A DNA stretch of 62,841 bases from Clostridiales bacterium DTU073 (lineage in GTDB: Bacteria; Bacillota; Peptococcia; DRI-13; DTU073), in assembly GCA_001512665.1 (NCBI GenBank), contig LFSF01000038.1, forward strand, positions 104,793 through 167,633, read 5' to 3'. Numbering within the stretch: the stretch's first letter is position 1; each line of letters starts with the position of its first letter. The notes below the pieces were generated by a model that saw only the letters and a list, made by a program, of their open reading frames with translations, was not told the origin of the DNA and did no database searches. The position numbers were made by a program, and so were the translations under genes. This document shows positions 39,308-51,530 of the stretch, in pieces.

Positions 39308-39346
39308 AAAAAAATACTTGGTCAAAATCAAACTTGACCAAGTATT
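39308..39346 (-). terminator. guaB terminator
   Basis: 13-bp stem AATACTTGGTCAA/TTGACCAAGTATT plus T tract on the - strand. Confidence 0.7.
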
Positions 39347-39388
39347 GATATTACTTAAATACCTAATTATCATATGAATGACTATCCT

Positions 39389-40888
<1,500 letters not shown>

Positions 40889-40946
40889 TCATTAAAAAAA
40901 TACGTGTTATTAATATATTAGTGGAATTATACCATAAATTACTTCG

Positions 40947-41225
40947 TTAATCTATCCTCTCTTCCGAAGTACTTTGTTTTTTTAAATTAGCTTGTAATTC
41001 CATAAATCTATAATTATTCTGCATTAGCCACTTTGCGTAGCGTTGATTGTTTAATCTTAACTGCTGTTTTTCTTTTTCTAATTGACTAAAAAGATGCCTT
41101 TTTTCTGTTTCTATCTTTTCAATAAGATTCATTAATATTCTTCTGCTTAATCTCAATTGATTTACCTGTTTTTCTAACTCGATAATCCTCTTTTTATAAA
41201 AAACAAGTTCCTCATGAGCGTTCAA
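40947..41225 (-). CDS. Small coiled-coil hypothetical protein
   Basis: LRLSRRILMNLIE...N.RYAK; GGGAG RBS and TTG start. Confidence 0.7.
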   Translation of the reverse strand: MNAHEELVFYKKRIIELEKQVNQLRLSRRILMNLIEKIETEKRHLFSQLEKEKQQLRLNNQRYAKWLMQNNYRFMELQANLKKQSTSEERID

Positions 41226-41318
41226 CAGTATTCACTCCCGATCCTACGCTTCATCTATACTATAAATATATTACTTAGTATTAATCTTATTCTTAGCAAA
41301 TATTCTTTCCAAAAAGTT

Positions 41319-42209
41319 TCAAATTATTAATGTAGGGTTTGACTGCGGGTTTTTTAATTTTTTTAAACTATTAAAGGGAACTTTCATTTCTCCGAAATTG
41401 GACAGATCTTTTTCTTCATGTCCATGGAAATCAGAACCCCCCGTAATCATTAAATGATACTTCTCTGCCATTTGCAGATAAACAAGCTCATCTGCTTTGG
41501 TATGTTGGGGATGAAAAACTTCGATACCTTGAAGCCCCTTTTCTACTAATAAGGGGATTAGGTAATCACAATTAGACAATCCCGGATGAGCTAATACAGG
41601 TATGCCCTGTGCTTCTTGAATTATTTCCAAGGCCATGCAGGGTGTTAATTTATATCTGGGAACAAATGCCGGACAACCTCTATTTAAATATTTGTTAAAA
41701 GCTTCATCGATTGAGCCAACAATCCCTTTATCCATTAATACTAAAGCTAAATGAACTCTTCCTATATTTGAAACAGATGCTTTTTGTCTAACTTCCTTAA
41801 AGTCAATCTGTATTCCTAAAGTGGCTAGTTTAGCGACCATTTTTTCAATTCTATTTACCCTGGCGTTTTGCAATTGAATAACAGTTTCCCGCACTCGTTT
41901 ATAAGTCCAATCAAAATTATAACCCAATATATGCAACTCACATTCTTCATAAACTGTACTGAATTCTATGCCGGGGAAAAAATCCAGCTCATATTTACTA
42001 CATTCTTGTGCAGCTTCAGCTAATCCCGCTGTTGTATCATGATCCGTGATTGCTAAATAGGAGATGCCCTTTTGATACGCCAGTTTAACAGTTTCACGGG
42101 GAGAAAAAGCTCCGTCAGATGCAGTTGTATGTACATGAAGATCTGCTTTTGGAAAATCTGTTCTATAATCATCAGCATTATTCTTCCGGTAAGATTTGTT
42201 GCAAAACAC
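41319..42209 (-). CDS. PHP-domain phosphoesterase (TrpH/YciV-like)
   Basis: DLHVHTTASDG, ITDHD, LAHP and TGGSDFHG motifs; start uncertain. Confidence 0.9.
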   Translation of the reverse strand: MFCNKSYRKNNADDYRTDFPKADLHVHTTASDGAFSPRETVKLAYQKGISYLAITDHDTTAGLAEAAQECSKYELDFFPGIEFSTVYEECELHILGYNFDWTYKRVRETVIQLQNARVNRIEKMVAKLATLGIQIDFKEVRQKASVSNIGRVHLALVLMDKGIVGSIDEAFNKYLNRGCPAFVPRYKLTPCMALEIIQEAQGIPVLAHPGLSNCDYLIPLLVEKGLQGIEVFHPQHTKADELVYLQMAEKYHLMITGGSDFHGHEEKDLSNFGEMKVPFNSLKKLKNPQSNPTLII

Positions 42210-43128
42210 GAAGATAATTCCCTCCCATTACTTTCTTTATCTCTTCATCTTTCCAGCCAAGCCGAGCCAATCTATTCGCTAAACAAGGAAGATAAGTTCC
42301 ATCTGACAAACCCTGTGGGGTCAACTCTATGCCATCAAAATCAGAACCTAAGCCTACATGGTCAATACCCGCTACCTCCACGGCATGAATAAGATGCCTG
42401 AGTACATCCTCTATCGTAATATTATAAGGATTTTCCCCTAAAAAATGCGGATAAAAGTTAATCCCTACAATTCCTTGTTTCTTTGCCAAAGCCTGCAACT
42501 GAGCATCTGTTAAATTACGAGGATGTTGATGTAAAGAATAACAACTGGAATGAGTAGCAGCAATTGGTTGCGTTGATAAAGAAAGAACTTCCCAAAACCC
42601 ACGTTCAGCCAGATGGGAAACATCTATGAGCATCCCCAGACTATTCATTTCTTTTACTACTTCTCGACCAAAATTTGTTAATCCTCCTCCGGTGTCCTTT
42701 TCCCAAACCCCATCTGCTATTTGATTCCGCTGATTCCAAGTTAAAGTCAAGGAACGAAAACCAAGCTTAAATAAAATTCGTAAGTTGCTGAGTTTCCCCT
42801 CTAAAGCTTCTCCACCTTCAATAGCCAGTAAGACCCGCGGTTCAGAGGAATTTACATCTAGTAAATCCTTTTTAGAAGTTACTGTTAAAGGAAAACCATA
42901 CCCTTCTCTTTGTTGCTGATGAAAATAATCTAATACCTCCAAAACTCGAGACAAGGAACCGAAAGGCTTATACTGTGGTTCAATATATATGGACATAAAT
43001 TGCAGACCAACCTGTCCTTTTTTTAATCTCAGCCAATCCAGATGTCTATCTTCGTTATATTCCCAGAAAGAATGTTTGTTTTTAAATAATTTCAGGAGAG
43101 TATCGCAATGACCGTCAACTATTATCAT
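42178..43128 (-). CDS. Membrane dipeptidase (peptidase M19)
   Basis: DGHCD, IEGGE, LTWN, IDVSH, GLGSDFDG. Confidence 0.9.
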   Translation of the reverse strand: MIIVDGHCDTLLKLFKNKHSFWEYNEDRHLDWLRLKKGQVGLQFMSIYIEPQYKPFGSLSRVLEVLDYFHQQQREGYGFPLTVTSKKDLLDVNSSEPRVLLAIEGGEALEGKLSNLRILFKLGFRSLTLTWNQRNQIADGVWEKDTGGGLTNFGREVVKEMNSLGMLIDVSHLAERGFWEVLSLSTQPIAATHSSCYSLHQHPRNLTDAQLQALAKKQGIVGINFYPHFLGENPYNITIEDVLRHLIHAVEVAGIDHVGLGSDFDGIELTPQGLSDGTYLPCLANRLARLGWKDEEIKKVMGGNYLRVLQQILPEE

Positions 43129-43176
43129 TCCTACACACCCCTACATAAAAAATTTATTACCATTTTAAGTTAAAAT

Positions 43177-43203
43177 AAAAAAGCCTGTTCAATTAAACAG
43201 GCT
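43177..43203 (-). terminator. spoVS terminator
   Basis: AGCCTGTT/AACAGGCT stem plus T tract on the - strand. Confidence 0.65.
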
Positions 43204-43232
43204 CGCTCAAAAACAACAAAAATAACTTTTTT

Positions 43233-43276
43233 CTTATCTGGGTTCGACTATTAGCTTATCTGGGTTCAACTATTAG
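43233..43276. repeat. 22-bp tandem duplication of the spoVS 3' end
   Basis: CTTATCTGGGTTCGACTATTAG then CTTATCTGGGTTCAACTATTAG (1 mismatch). Confidence 0.9.
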
Positions 43277-43516
43277 TTTAATTGCAGTTCTTTCATCTCC
43301 ATCAATAACAATATCCGTAAAAGCTGGAATACAAACTAAATCAATACCACTAGGAGCGACAAAACCTCTGGCAATTGCTACTGCTTTAATCGACTGGTTT
43401 AAAGCACCGGCACCTATAGCCTGAATTTCTGCACAACCCCTTTCTCTAATAACCCCAGCTAATGCGCCTGCAACCGCATTTGGACTAGATTTTGCTGAAA
43501 CTTTAAGAACTTCCAA
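43256..43516 (-). CDS. spoVS: Stage V sporulation protein S
   Basis: MEVLKVSAKSSPNAVAGALAG...IGAGALNQ; TTG 8 nt after GGAGG. Confidence 0.95.
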   Translation of the reverse strand: MEVLKVSAKSSPNAVAGALAGVIRERGCAEIQAIGAGALNQSIKAVAIARGFVAPSGIDLVCIPAFTDIVIDGDERTAIKLIVEPR

Positions 43517-43562
43517 TCTTGTTACCTCCCTCAAATTATATATTACATTTACAATATATTAT

Positions 43563-43591
43563 ATATTCTACTCTAGTTAAAAAATTCCTTT
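43563..43591 (-). promoter_or_regulatory. Putative sigma-H promoter of spoVS
   Basis: AAAGGAATT...GTAGAAT matches the AGGA / GAAT sigma-H consensus; spoVS is sigma-H dependent in B. subtilis. Confidence 0.6.
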
Positions 43592-43656
43592 TTCCTTTAG
43601 AAAAAATTATCATCAATTCTAAAAAATACGCGAATTTTATAATAAATATGGTTTAT

Positions 43657-44439
43657 TTAGTCGAAATAAATCTCTTGAATACGTTCAATATGTACACATT
43701 TACCGGTAGTTTCATCGATTTTTAGCGATACTGCACTAAAAAGAACTTCCCCTTTTGCCACATCAAATCTTATTGGTAACTGAGTAAGGAACCTTTTAGT
43801 AATTGCCTCTTTTTCCATACCTAGTACCGAATTACGTGGTCCGGTCATCCCTATATCAGATATATATGCTGTTCCCTGAGGAAGTATGCGTTCATCTGCC
43901 GTTTGTACATGGGTATGTGTACCAACAATTGCCGACACTTGACCATCCATATACCAACCAAAAGCGATTTTCTCAGAAGTCGCTTCTCCATGGAAATCAA
44001 TAAGAATAATCGGAGTTTCCTGTCTCATTTCTTTGACAAGTTCTGTAGCTTTACGAAAGGGGCAATCCAGTGCGTGTAAAAAAACACGTCCCATAAGATT
44101 GATAATGCCAATTTTCAGCTTATTATGTAGTGTTAAAACAGCACTACCCTTTCCCGGTGCTCCAGGAGGGTAATTAGCCGGTCTGATAATATTAGTTTCG
44201 CGATCAAGGAATTGATAAATTTCTTTCTTATCCCAAGTATGATTTCCTAAAGTAATAAAATCCACCGAATTATTGTATAACTCATAAACTATCTCCGGAG
44301 TAATGCCTTTTCCTCCTGCAGAATTCTCTCCATTGGCCACAATAAAATCATAATGCTCTCTATTAGCCTGAAGATATTGCTTTACCGCATTACGTCCAGG
44401 ACGACCAACAATATCACCTATCATCAAAACATTTAACAT
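43657..44439 (-). CDS. ymdB: YmdB-family metallophosphoesterase
   Basis: IGDIVG.PG, NGEN, TLGNH, DFHGEATSEK, GTHTHV. Confidence 0.93.
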   Translation of the reverse strand: MLNVLMIGDIVGRPGRNAVKQYLQANREHYDFIVANGENSAGGKGITPEIVYELYNNSVDFITLGNHTWDKKEIYQFLDRETNIIRPANYPPGAPGKGSAVLTLHNKLKIGIINLMGRVFLHALDCPFRKATELVKEMRQETPIILIDFHGEATSEKIAFGWYMDGQVSAIVGTHTHVQTADERILPQGTAYISDIGMTGPRNSVLGMEKEAITKRFLTQLPIRFDVAKGEVLFSAVSLKIDETTGKCVHIERIQEIYFD

Positions 44440-44496
44440 ATCTTTCTCCCTTTATTAAGAAGGTCTATATTTTTTATAACTTATTTTTTCCCAAAG

Positions 44497-45024
44497 TTAT
44501 TGTTTAAAAACAAGTACACGCCCATCCTCTCTAAGAGCAATGAGCTCATTATTTAATTTTCGCGCTTGTAAAGTGTCCAACATGCATTTGATATAATCAT
44601 CTTGTAATAAAAGATCTTCTTCTACAAAAACACTGCATTCGTCGCAAATAAGAAGATTCGTAAATTTAGCTTTTAAAAGATTAATCATTAAGGATATTTC
44701 CTTTGGCATTAAGCTTTTCGTATCTCTGGTAATTAACAATCTAGTCAAATTAGGCTCATGTTCAAAATTTATCTCTAAATGTTGAAGACAATCTCTTTTT
44801 TCAAAATATAAATATGTCCTGATACACAAAGACAATTCTTCACTGTATTCTTTTAGAGCTGATTCGGGAATGTTCCCTTGTAAAATAAAACCCATTTTCA
44901 GAGAATTTTCATAAGGATAATAATTTATTGAACATAATTCCGGATAACGAACAAGTAACGAGGTAAGTAAACCTATACTATCTTTTTCATCTTCCGTAAG
45001 AGCTGTTTTTTTTAAAGTAATCAT
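44497..45024 (-). CDS. Hypothetical protein between rny and ymdB
   Basis: 175-aa ORF with GGAG RBS; LLVRYPE and REDGRVLVF motifs. Confidence 0.75.
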   Translation of the reverse strand: MITLKKTALTEDEKDSIGLLTSLLVRYPELCSINYYPYENSLKMGFILQGNIPESALKEYSEELSLCIRTYLYFEKRDCLQHLEINFEHEPNLTRLLITRDTKSLMPKEISLMINLLKAKFTNLLICDECSVFVEEDLLLQDDYIKCMLDTLQARKLNNELIALREDGRVLVFKQ

Positions 45025-45115
45025 ATTTTATCACTCCAGCCTTTTCTAGCTTTTAGTACAGGAATTTATATCTTCTTCATTTTATTACAAAAATCCTTTT
45101 TATTTTAAAAAATAT

Positions 45116-45144
45116 ATAAAAGCGACCTTGAGGGTCGCTTTTAT
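45116..45144 (-). terminator. rny terminator
   Basis: ATAAAAGCGACC/GGTCGCTTTTAT stem. Confidence 0.75.
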
Positions 45145-46688
45145 TATTTAGCATAATCAACTGCTCTGGTTTCTCTAATCACAACAACTTTTATCTGACC
45201 CGGATAATCAAGATTGTTTTCGATTGATTTAACTAAATCGCGAGCCATTGTTACAGCACTAGCATCATCAACTCTGTCAGGTTTAACAATAATTCTAATT
45301 TCACGTCCGGCCTGAATAGCAAATGATTTTTCCACACCTTCAAATGCATTAGCAATTTCCTCTAGTTTGTCTAAACGTTTAATATATGCCTCTAATGTTT
45401 CTCTTCTCGCTCCGGGACGTGCCGCTGATATAGCATCAGCAGAAGCCACTAAAACCGCTTCAATGGATTTAAAAGGTTCATCTCCATGATGGGCGGCAAT
45501 CGCATGAATAACTTCATTAGATTCGCGATACTTTTTCGCCAAATTCGCACCAATAGCAACGTGCGGACCTTCTACTTCATGATCCACGGCTTTTCCAATA
45601 TCATGTAAAAGCCCTGCTCTTTTTGCCAATGCAACATCTACATCTAATTCAGCAGCCATTACCGCTGCTAAATGAGCAACTTCTATAGAATGTTTTAAAA
45701 CGTTTTGTCCATAACTTGTCCTATATTGTAGTCTTCCCAATAATTTAATTAATTCAGGATGCAAGCCATTAACACCAGTTTCAAAAGTAGCTTGCTCACC
45801 TTCTTCTCTAATCTTCTGCTCAATTTCTTTTTGAGCTTTCTCTACCATTTCTTCAATACGGGCAGGATGGATACGTCCATCTAAAATCAATTTTTCTAAA
45901 GCAGTTCGGGCGATTTCTCTTCTAATCGGGTCAAACCCAGATAAAATAACAGCTTCAGGTGTATCATCAATAATTAAATCTATACCTGTAAGTGTTTCTA
46001 ATGTTCTAATATTACGTCCTTCTCGCCCAATAATTCGTCCCTTCATTTCATCATTCGGTAAAGGGACTACAGATACTGTTGATTCTACTACATGATCGGC
46101 TGCACAGCGTTGTATCGCCAAAGAAATAATTTCGCGCGCTTTCTTTTCTCCTTCTTCCTTGGCTTGAGTTTCATATTCTTTGATCAACATAGCCGTTTCA
46201 TGTTTTATTTCTTCTTCAACACGTTTAAGTAGTAATTCACGCGCCTGATTAAAAGATAGGTTGGATATTCTCACCAATTCATCCATTTGCCTTTGTAATA
46301 AATCGGCAACATTTTTCTTTTGCTTTTCCAACTCCTGTTCTAAGTTTTGAATATTTTCTTCTTTTCTTTCAATAACTTCATATTTTCGATCGATAGTTTC
46401 TTCTTTTTGTTGCAAACGGCGTTCTAATCGTTGTAAATCATTGCGCCGTTCTCTAATTTCACGATCTAATTCTTGCCTTATTTTATGGGCTTCTTCTTTT
46501 GCTTCCAAAATGGATTCTTTTTTCTTGGCTTCCGCATTTCTTTGGGCATCTTCCAACATTTTTTTAGCCGCTTCTTCAGCCGAAGCTATTTTGGCCTCGG
46601 CAATTTTTTTTCTAATCATATAGCCCACAAAATAGCCTACACCAAGAGCAACAATTCCAATAACTAAATAATCAATTATCTCGTTCAC
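45144..46688 (-). CDS. rny: Ribonuclease Y (start GTG 46688 or ATA 46679)
   Basis: N-terminal TM, coiled coil, KH ([13 protein letters not shown]), HD (LLHDIGK). Confidence 0.97.
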   Translation of the reverse strand: MNEIIDYLVIGIVALGVGYFVGYMIRKKIAEAKIASAEEAAKKMLEDAQRNAEAKKKESILEAKEEAHKIRQELDREIRERRNDLQRLERRLQQKEETIDRKYEVIERKEENIQNLEQELEKQKKNVADLLQRQMDELVRISNLSFNQARELLLKRVEEEIKHETAMLIKEYETQAKEEGEKKAREIISLAIQRCAADHVVESTVSVVPLPNDEMKGRIIGREGRNIRTLETLTGIDLIIDDTPEAVILSGFDPIRREIARTALEKLILDGRIHPARIEEMVEKAQKEIEQKIREEGEQATFETGVNGLHPELIKLLGRLQYRTSYGQNVLKHSIEVAHLAAVMAAELDVDVALAKRAGLLHDIGKAVDHEVEGPHVAIGANLAKKYRESNEVIHAIAAHHGDEPFKSIEAVLVASADAISAARPGARRETLEAYIKRLDKLEEIANAFEGVEKSFAIQAGREIRIIVKPDRVDDASAVTMARDLVKSIENNLDYPGQIKVVVIRETRAVDYAK

Positions 46689-46961
46689 CTCCTCTAATAA
46701 AAAAATAACCGAAGAAGATTCGGTTATCATATAATCTGCCAATACGTTTTTAACGGATCAATAAAAAGACAATAAGCCTATAAAAGTACAGACTAGCAAA
46801 AAATAGATTATCAACCCGCGTAAATTTAGTTTATATATATATTATTAAAAAATATATATGCAAAAACCCAATTGGCAGAAAAAAGTTAAACCGCATTTCT
46901 CCAATTTTATTCTAATTGTTTATAAACTTGCTGTCAAGCAATCAACAACTAATGAAATAAT

Positions 46962-47432
46962 TTAATATGTAAAATTTTCATTTATAATTGTCATAATATT
47001 TGCAGATAAAAAACCTTTGCGCGATAAATGACGTGCTAACATATTTTTTAATTGTTCTGCTGATTTTTGCTTAACTTTGTTCGCTAGATACTTTTCTGCC
47101 AGACGACGCGCTCGTTCAAGTTCTTCTTGTTGGTCATAATCTGTCAAAACTGAGATAATTATTTGCTCAGGAATACCTTTTTCCTGAAGCTTTTTATAAA
47201 GGAAAAAATAGCCATACTGTTTATAATTAGTATAATGATTAATTAAATTAGCAGCATACCTTTGATCATTTAAATATCCCCAAGATAATAACTGAGCAAG
47301 CACTTCTTTAATTTGTTCCCGGCTAAAACCATACTTAACTAAAAAGTTTTCTAATTCTTTTTCACTATAAGCCCGAACTGATAATTTTTTAAGGGCTAAA
47401 GTAAGTGGATTTTTATTCATCTTTATTAACAA
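46962..47432 (-). CDS. recX: Regulatory protein RecX
   Basis: [23 protein letters not shown]; directly after recA. Confidence 0.85.
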   Translation of the reverse strand: MLIKMNKNPLTLALKKLSVRAYSEKELENFLVKYGFSREQIKEVLAQLLSWGYLNDQRYAANLINHYTNYKQYGYFFLYKKLQEKGIPEQIIISVLTDYDQQEELERARRLAEKYLANKVKQKSAEQLKNMLARHLSRKGFLSANIMTIINENFTY

Positions 47433-48411
47433 AGGTTTCCCTAATTTTCATTTCAATTTCATTTGCCAATTCAGGATTGTCTTTTAAATACTTTTTAGTA
47501 TTTTCACGTCCCTGTCCTAAGCGAATATCCTTATAAGAGTACCAAGCACCACTTTTCTCAACAATATCTAAATCTGCAGCCAGATCAATAATACTTCCTT
47601 CCCTAGATACGCCTTCCCCATACATAATATCAAACTCAGCCTGTTTGAACGGCGGTGCGATTTTATTCTTTACAACCTTGATCCTCGTCCTGCTTCCGAT
47701 CATATCATTACCTTGTTTCAATGTTTCTATTTTTCGTACTTCCATGCGTACAGAAGCATAAAACTTTAACGCACGACCTCCGGGTGTAGTTTCAGGATTA
47801 CCAAACATTACCCCAACCTTTTCCCGCAATTGATTAATAAAAACGGCTATTGTATTAGATTTGCTAATGGCTCCTGTAAGTTTACGCAGTGCTTGTGACA
47901 TCAGGCGTGCTTGAAGCCCTACATGGGCATCTCCCATTTCACCTTCAATCTCTGCTCTTGGCACTAAAGCAGCAACTGAATCAACTACTATTACATCTAT
48001 AGCACCACTTCTCACTAAAGCCTCCGCAATTTCTAAAGCCTGTTCACCGGTGTCCGGTTGTGAAATCAGGAGATTATCAATGTCAACACCTAAATTTCTT
48101 GCATAGAGCGGATCAAGAGCGTGTTCAGCATCAATAAATGCAGCTACACCTCCTGATTTCTGTGCCTCTGCAATAATATGTAAAGCAATTGTTGTTTTTC
48201 CGGAAGATTCCGGACCATATATTTCAATAACTCTGCCACGAGGGACACCTCCTACCCCCAAAGCAAGATCCAGTGTTAAAATCCCTGTAGAAATAGTCTC
48301 AACCTGTAACTTAGCCGATGCTTCTCCCAACCTCATAATTGAACCTTTTCCGAATTGTTTTTCAATTGTAGAGAGAGCCATTTCCAGCGCTTTCTGTTTA
48401 TCTCCTGACAT
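47413..48411 (-). CDS. recA: Recombinase RecA
   Basis: [28 protein letters not shown]. Confidence 0.99.
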   Translation of the reverse strand: MSGDKQKALEMALSTIEKQFGKGSIMRLGEASAKLQVETISTGILTLDLALGVGGVPRGRVIEIYGPESSGKTTIALHIIAEAQKSGGVAAFIDAEHALDPLYARNLGVDIDNLLISQPDTGEQALEIAEALVRSGAIDVIVVDSVAALVPRAEIEGEMGDAHVGLQARLMSQALRKLTGAISKSNTIAVFINQLREKVGVMFGNPETTPGGRALKFYASVRMEVRKIETLKQGNDMIGSRTRIKVVKNKIAPPFKQAEFDIMYGEGVSREGSIIDLAADLDIVEKSGAWYSYKDIRLGQGRENTKKYLKDNPELANEIEMKIRETFVNKDE

Positions 48412-48431
48412 AAAAAATCCTCCTCTATATA

Positions 48432-48481
48432 AAACGTTTGTTCGATATACATATTATAAATAAACTGGAATCACTTGTCAA
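48432..48481 (-). promoter_or_regulatory. recA sigma-A promoter with downstream LexA box
   Basis: TTGACA (48481-48476), 17 nt, TATAAT (48458-48453); GAACAAACGTTT at 48443-48432. Confidence 0.85.
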
Positions 48482-48504
48482 TTTTTATTTCGACAGTTGA
48501 CTCC

Positions 48505-50091
48505 CTAATTTTTAGGTCGGGCTAATTGAGCTGATATCCTTTTTCCTTTGAGCATCTGGCGATTCAAAATATAGATTACCCGATAGCCCATTTCTTCCGG
48601 TACTTCGACAAAAGAAAATTTATCAAAAATGCTGATATTTCCTATTGCTTTAGGCGAAATACCTGTCTCCTCCGAAATAATATTTATTAATTCCCGTACA
48701 GTAATATTTTGTTGACGACCGATCGTAATAAATAGTCGTACCATACCTTCTTTTGCCCCGGTATTGCCAAAACTCCCTGAAAAATCCGTATCGGTAAGCT
48801 CTGTATCTTTTTGAGAAAAAGCATATTTAAGCGCTGCCGCGGCAATATCTTTAGCTGCATGATTTTCCGCTAATTCTTCAACCAAGGCATAATAAGTTTG
48901 TAAATTATCTTCGGCTAAAATATCTTCAATTTCTTTTTTTATTACTCCTTTTTGTTGTTGAACTACTTCTTGAAAAGTTGGGATTGTTGCCATGTTAATT
49001 CGAGTATTAATTAACTTTTCAATCATTCTTAAATGAGGGTATTCTTGGGGAAGGATCAATGTTAAAGCTTTGCCTTCCTTACCGGCACGTCCTGTTCTGC
49101 CGATTCTGTGCACATAAGCCTCAGGATCTAAAGGAATATCATAGTTGATCACATGACTCACCCGATCAATATCCAAACCTCTGGCGGCAACATCCGTTGC
49201 CACTAATAAATCAACATCTCCCCGTCTAAAAGCATTCATGGTTTTATCTCTTTGCGCTTGCGTTAAATCTCCATGTAATCCTTCTGCAAAATAGCCTCTG
49301 ATTTGCAAATTAGCCACTAACTCATCTACACCACGCTTAGTACGACAAAAAACAATGACTGAATCATAATTTTCATAATCTAAAATTCTACAAAGTGCCT
49401 CAACTTTATGACCACGAACGATTTCATAATAATTTTGTTCGATCAGGGGTACTGTTAATGTTTCTTTGTTTACACTTACAAAATGCGGATTTTGTAAATA
49501 TTTTTGAGATAATTTTTGAATTGCTGCAGGCATAGTTGCAGAAAAAAGTAATGTTTGTCGCTCTTGAGGTACATTATTAAGAATCGTTTCGATATCATCA
49601 ATAAATCCCATATCCAACATTTCATCAGCTTCATCTAAAACCACTATTTTAACATTACTCAAATCTAAAGTTTTCCGCTTTAAATGATCTAAAGTCCGAC
49701 CGGGAGTACCAATCACAACATGAACTCCCATTCGTAAAGAACGAATTTGTCTATCTATTGGTTGTCCACCATAAATAGGCAATACTTTTATTTTTCTATA
49801 CCGACCGATTTTGCTGATTTCACCGGCGACTTGAATAGCTAGTTCTCGTGTAGGAGTCAAAATTAAAGCTTGGACTTGCCGCAGCTGATAATTAATCTTT
49901 TCGACAATGGGAATACCAAAAGTTGCCGTTTTGCCTGTACCAGTCTGAGCTTGACCGATCACATCTTTGTTTTCCATAACTATAGGGATCGCTTCGGACT
50001 GAATAGGTGTCGGTTCTTCAAACCCCATTTCTGCTAATGCCTTAGCTATCTCCCTTCTAATTTTCAATTGACCAAAATTATAATCTTTCAT
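48505..50091 (-). CDS. DEAD-box RNA helicase (CshA/DeaD-like, DbpA-type C-terminal domain)
   Basis: AQTGTGKT, PTRELA, DEAD, SAT, HRIGRTGR. Confidence 0.95.
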   Translation of the reverse strand: MKDYNFGQLKIRREIAKALAEMGFEEPTPIQSEAIPIVMENKDVIGQAQTGTGKTATFGIPIVEKINYQLRQVQALILTPTRELAIQVAGEISKIGRYRKIKVLPIYGGQPIDRQIRSLRMGVHVVIGTPGRTLDHLKRKTLDLSNVKIVVLDEADEMLDMGFIDDIETILNNVPQERQTLLFSATMPAAIQKLSQKYLQNPHFVSVNKETLTVPLIEQNYYEIVRGHKVEALCRILDYENYDSVIVFCRTKRGVDELVANLQIRGYFAEGLHGDLTQAQRDKTMNAFRRGDVDLLVATDVAARGLDIDRVSHVINYDIPLDPEAYVHRIGRTGRAGKEGKALTLILPQEYPHLRMIEKLINTRINMATIPTFQEVVQQQKGVIKKEIEDILAEDNLQTYYALVEELAENHAAKDIAAAALKYAFSQKDTELTDTDFSGSFGNTGAKEGMVRLFITIGRQQNITVRELINIISEETGISPKAIGNISIFDKFSFVEVPEEMGYRVIYILNRQMLKGKRISAQLARPKN

Positions 50092-50109
50092 AAATACCCC
50101 TTTCCCGAC

Positions 50110-51369
50110 TCATTCCATATCTAAAAAGTTTTTTAAATATTTCCAGGTTAGATAAAGTGCTCTATGCACACTCCTGAGCCGTATAATTTCTCTGTCACCG
50201 TTAAATTGATATTCAGTACAAATGGTTTGATGCGGAGTAGCTAACGCTATATAAACCAGCCCTACCGGCTTTTCCGATGTACCCCCCGTAGGTCCGGCAA
50301 TCCCTGTTATTCCTATACCTAAATCACTTCCGGTTAGCACTCTGATTCGCTCTGCCATAGCTGAACCGACTTCTCTACTGACTGCACCATGCTTCTCCAA
50401 AAGTTCCGGCGAAACCCCTAACATCTGTGTTTTTACACTATTGGCATAAGATACTACGGAGCCAAGATAAAATTCGGAGGATCCGGGAATAGAAGTAAAG
50501 TATTGAGCCAACATCCCTCCGGTACACGATTCAGCAGTACTGATCTTTAAGTTTTTTTCAAGTAATAATTGGGCAACCGCACCCGTAATCGTTACCTCAT
50601 CTTCTCCAAAAAGATAAGGTGTGGTGCGTTTTTTTATTTCCGTTAAAACAGGAGTGATTTTTCGCTCGAATTCCTCTCTGTTTTCTGCTCTTGTAGTAAT
50701 CCGCAGTTGAATCTCTCCTGTTTTAGCATAAAGAGCTAAAGTTATTTCATCTTGAGTCTCAAAAAGGTCGGCTAGTAATACTTCTAAACTAGGTTCACCG
50801 ATACCCGTAAATTTTAAGACCTTTGAATACAGCATAGCTCGGGATTCAGATTTAAAAGTGTTTTTTATCCAAGGTACCGCATAATTTAAAAACATGTGTG
50901 TCATTTCCTTAGGTGGTCCGGGGAGGACAATAAATGCAGTATCCTCATACTTTAAAGCCATACCTGGGGCTGAACCAAACTCATTAGTTAAGATATAAGA
51001 ATTAGGGATAAAAGCCACCTGTTTAAGATTATTTTCTGTCCATTCATAGCCTGTTTTATTAAATAAACTCTTTATTTTATTTAATTCCTCAGGTACAACC
51101 TCCAAAGGAAGCTGTAAAAATTCTGCCAAGGATTCTTTAGTTATATCATCCTCTGTTGGTCCCAATCCCCCCGTAAGAATCACTAAATCTGCCCTTTTTG
51201 CCGCTATAGCCAAAGCTTGTTTGAGTCTTTCTTTATTATCACCAACTGTAGTATTAAAATAAAGGTTAATCCCTAAAGAAGCTAATTGTTCAGATAAATA
51301 CTTGACATTTGTATTCAAAATCTGTCCTAACAAAATCTCTGTTCCTACGGTAATGATTTCTGCTTGCAA
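50110..51369 (-). CDS. cinA: Competence/damage-inducible protein CinA
   Basis: GTEILLG, GGLGPTEDD, AESCTGG, GIAGP.GG..EKPVG. Confidence 0.95.
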   Translation of the reverse strand: MQAEIITVGTEILLGQILNTNVKYLSEQLASLGINLYFNTTVGDNKERLKQALAIAAKRADLVILTGGLGPTEDDITKESLAEFLQLPLEVVPEELNKIKSLFNKTGYEWTENNLKQVAFIPNSYILTNEFGSAPGMALKYEDTAFIVLPGPPKEMTHMFLNYAVPWIKNTFKSESRAMLYSKVLKFTGIGEPSLEVLLADLFETQDEITLALYAKTGEIQLRITTRAENREEFERKITPVLTEIKKRTTPYLFGEDEVTITGAVAQLLLEKNLKISTAESCTGGMLAQYFTSIPGSSEFYLGSVVSYANSVKTQMLGVSPELLEKHGAVSREVGSAMAERIRVLTGSDLGIGITGIAGPTGGTSEKPVGLVYIALATPHQTICTEYQFNGDREIIRLRSVHRALYLTWKYLKNFLDME

Positions 51370-51477
51370 AATTTACCACCTTCTCCTTCCCACTTGCACT
51401 ATTGTACAGAAAAAATACGTATAAATCAATTATAACAACCTAGCAACCTTAAAACATAAATATTACAAAAAGATCAC

Positions 51478-51505
51478 AAAAAAAGTCCTCTCGTCGAGGA
51501 CTTTT
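51478..51505 (-). terminator. Terminator after the FtsH-like gene
   Basis: AAAAGTCCTC/GAGGACTTTT stem with A/T tail. Confidence 0.7.
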
Positions 51506-51530
51506 AGCAATATATCATGGGAAAAGCTGC

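Noticed and set aside
42140..42209. TAATG-coupled ATG at 42178 is out of frame with the PHP domain; a -1 slip at CAA AAG would join them
   Set aside because: The in-frame GTG at 42209 has a plausible GGGAGGG SD about 10 nt upstream, so no frameshift is required.
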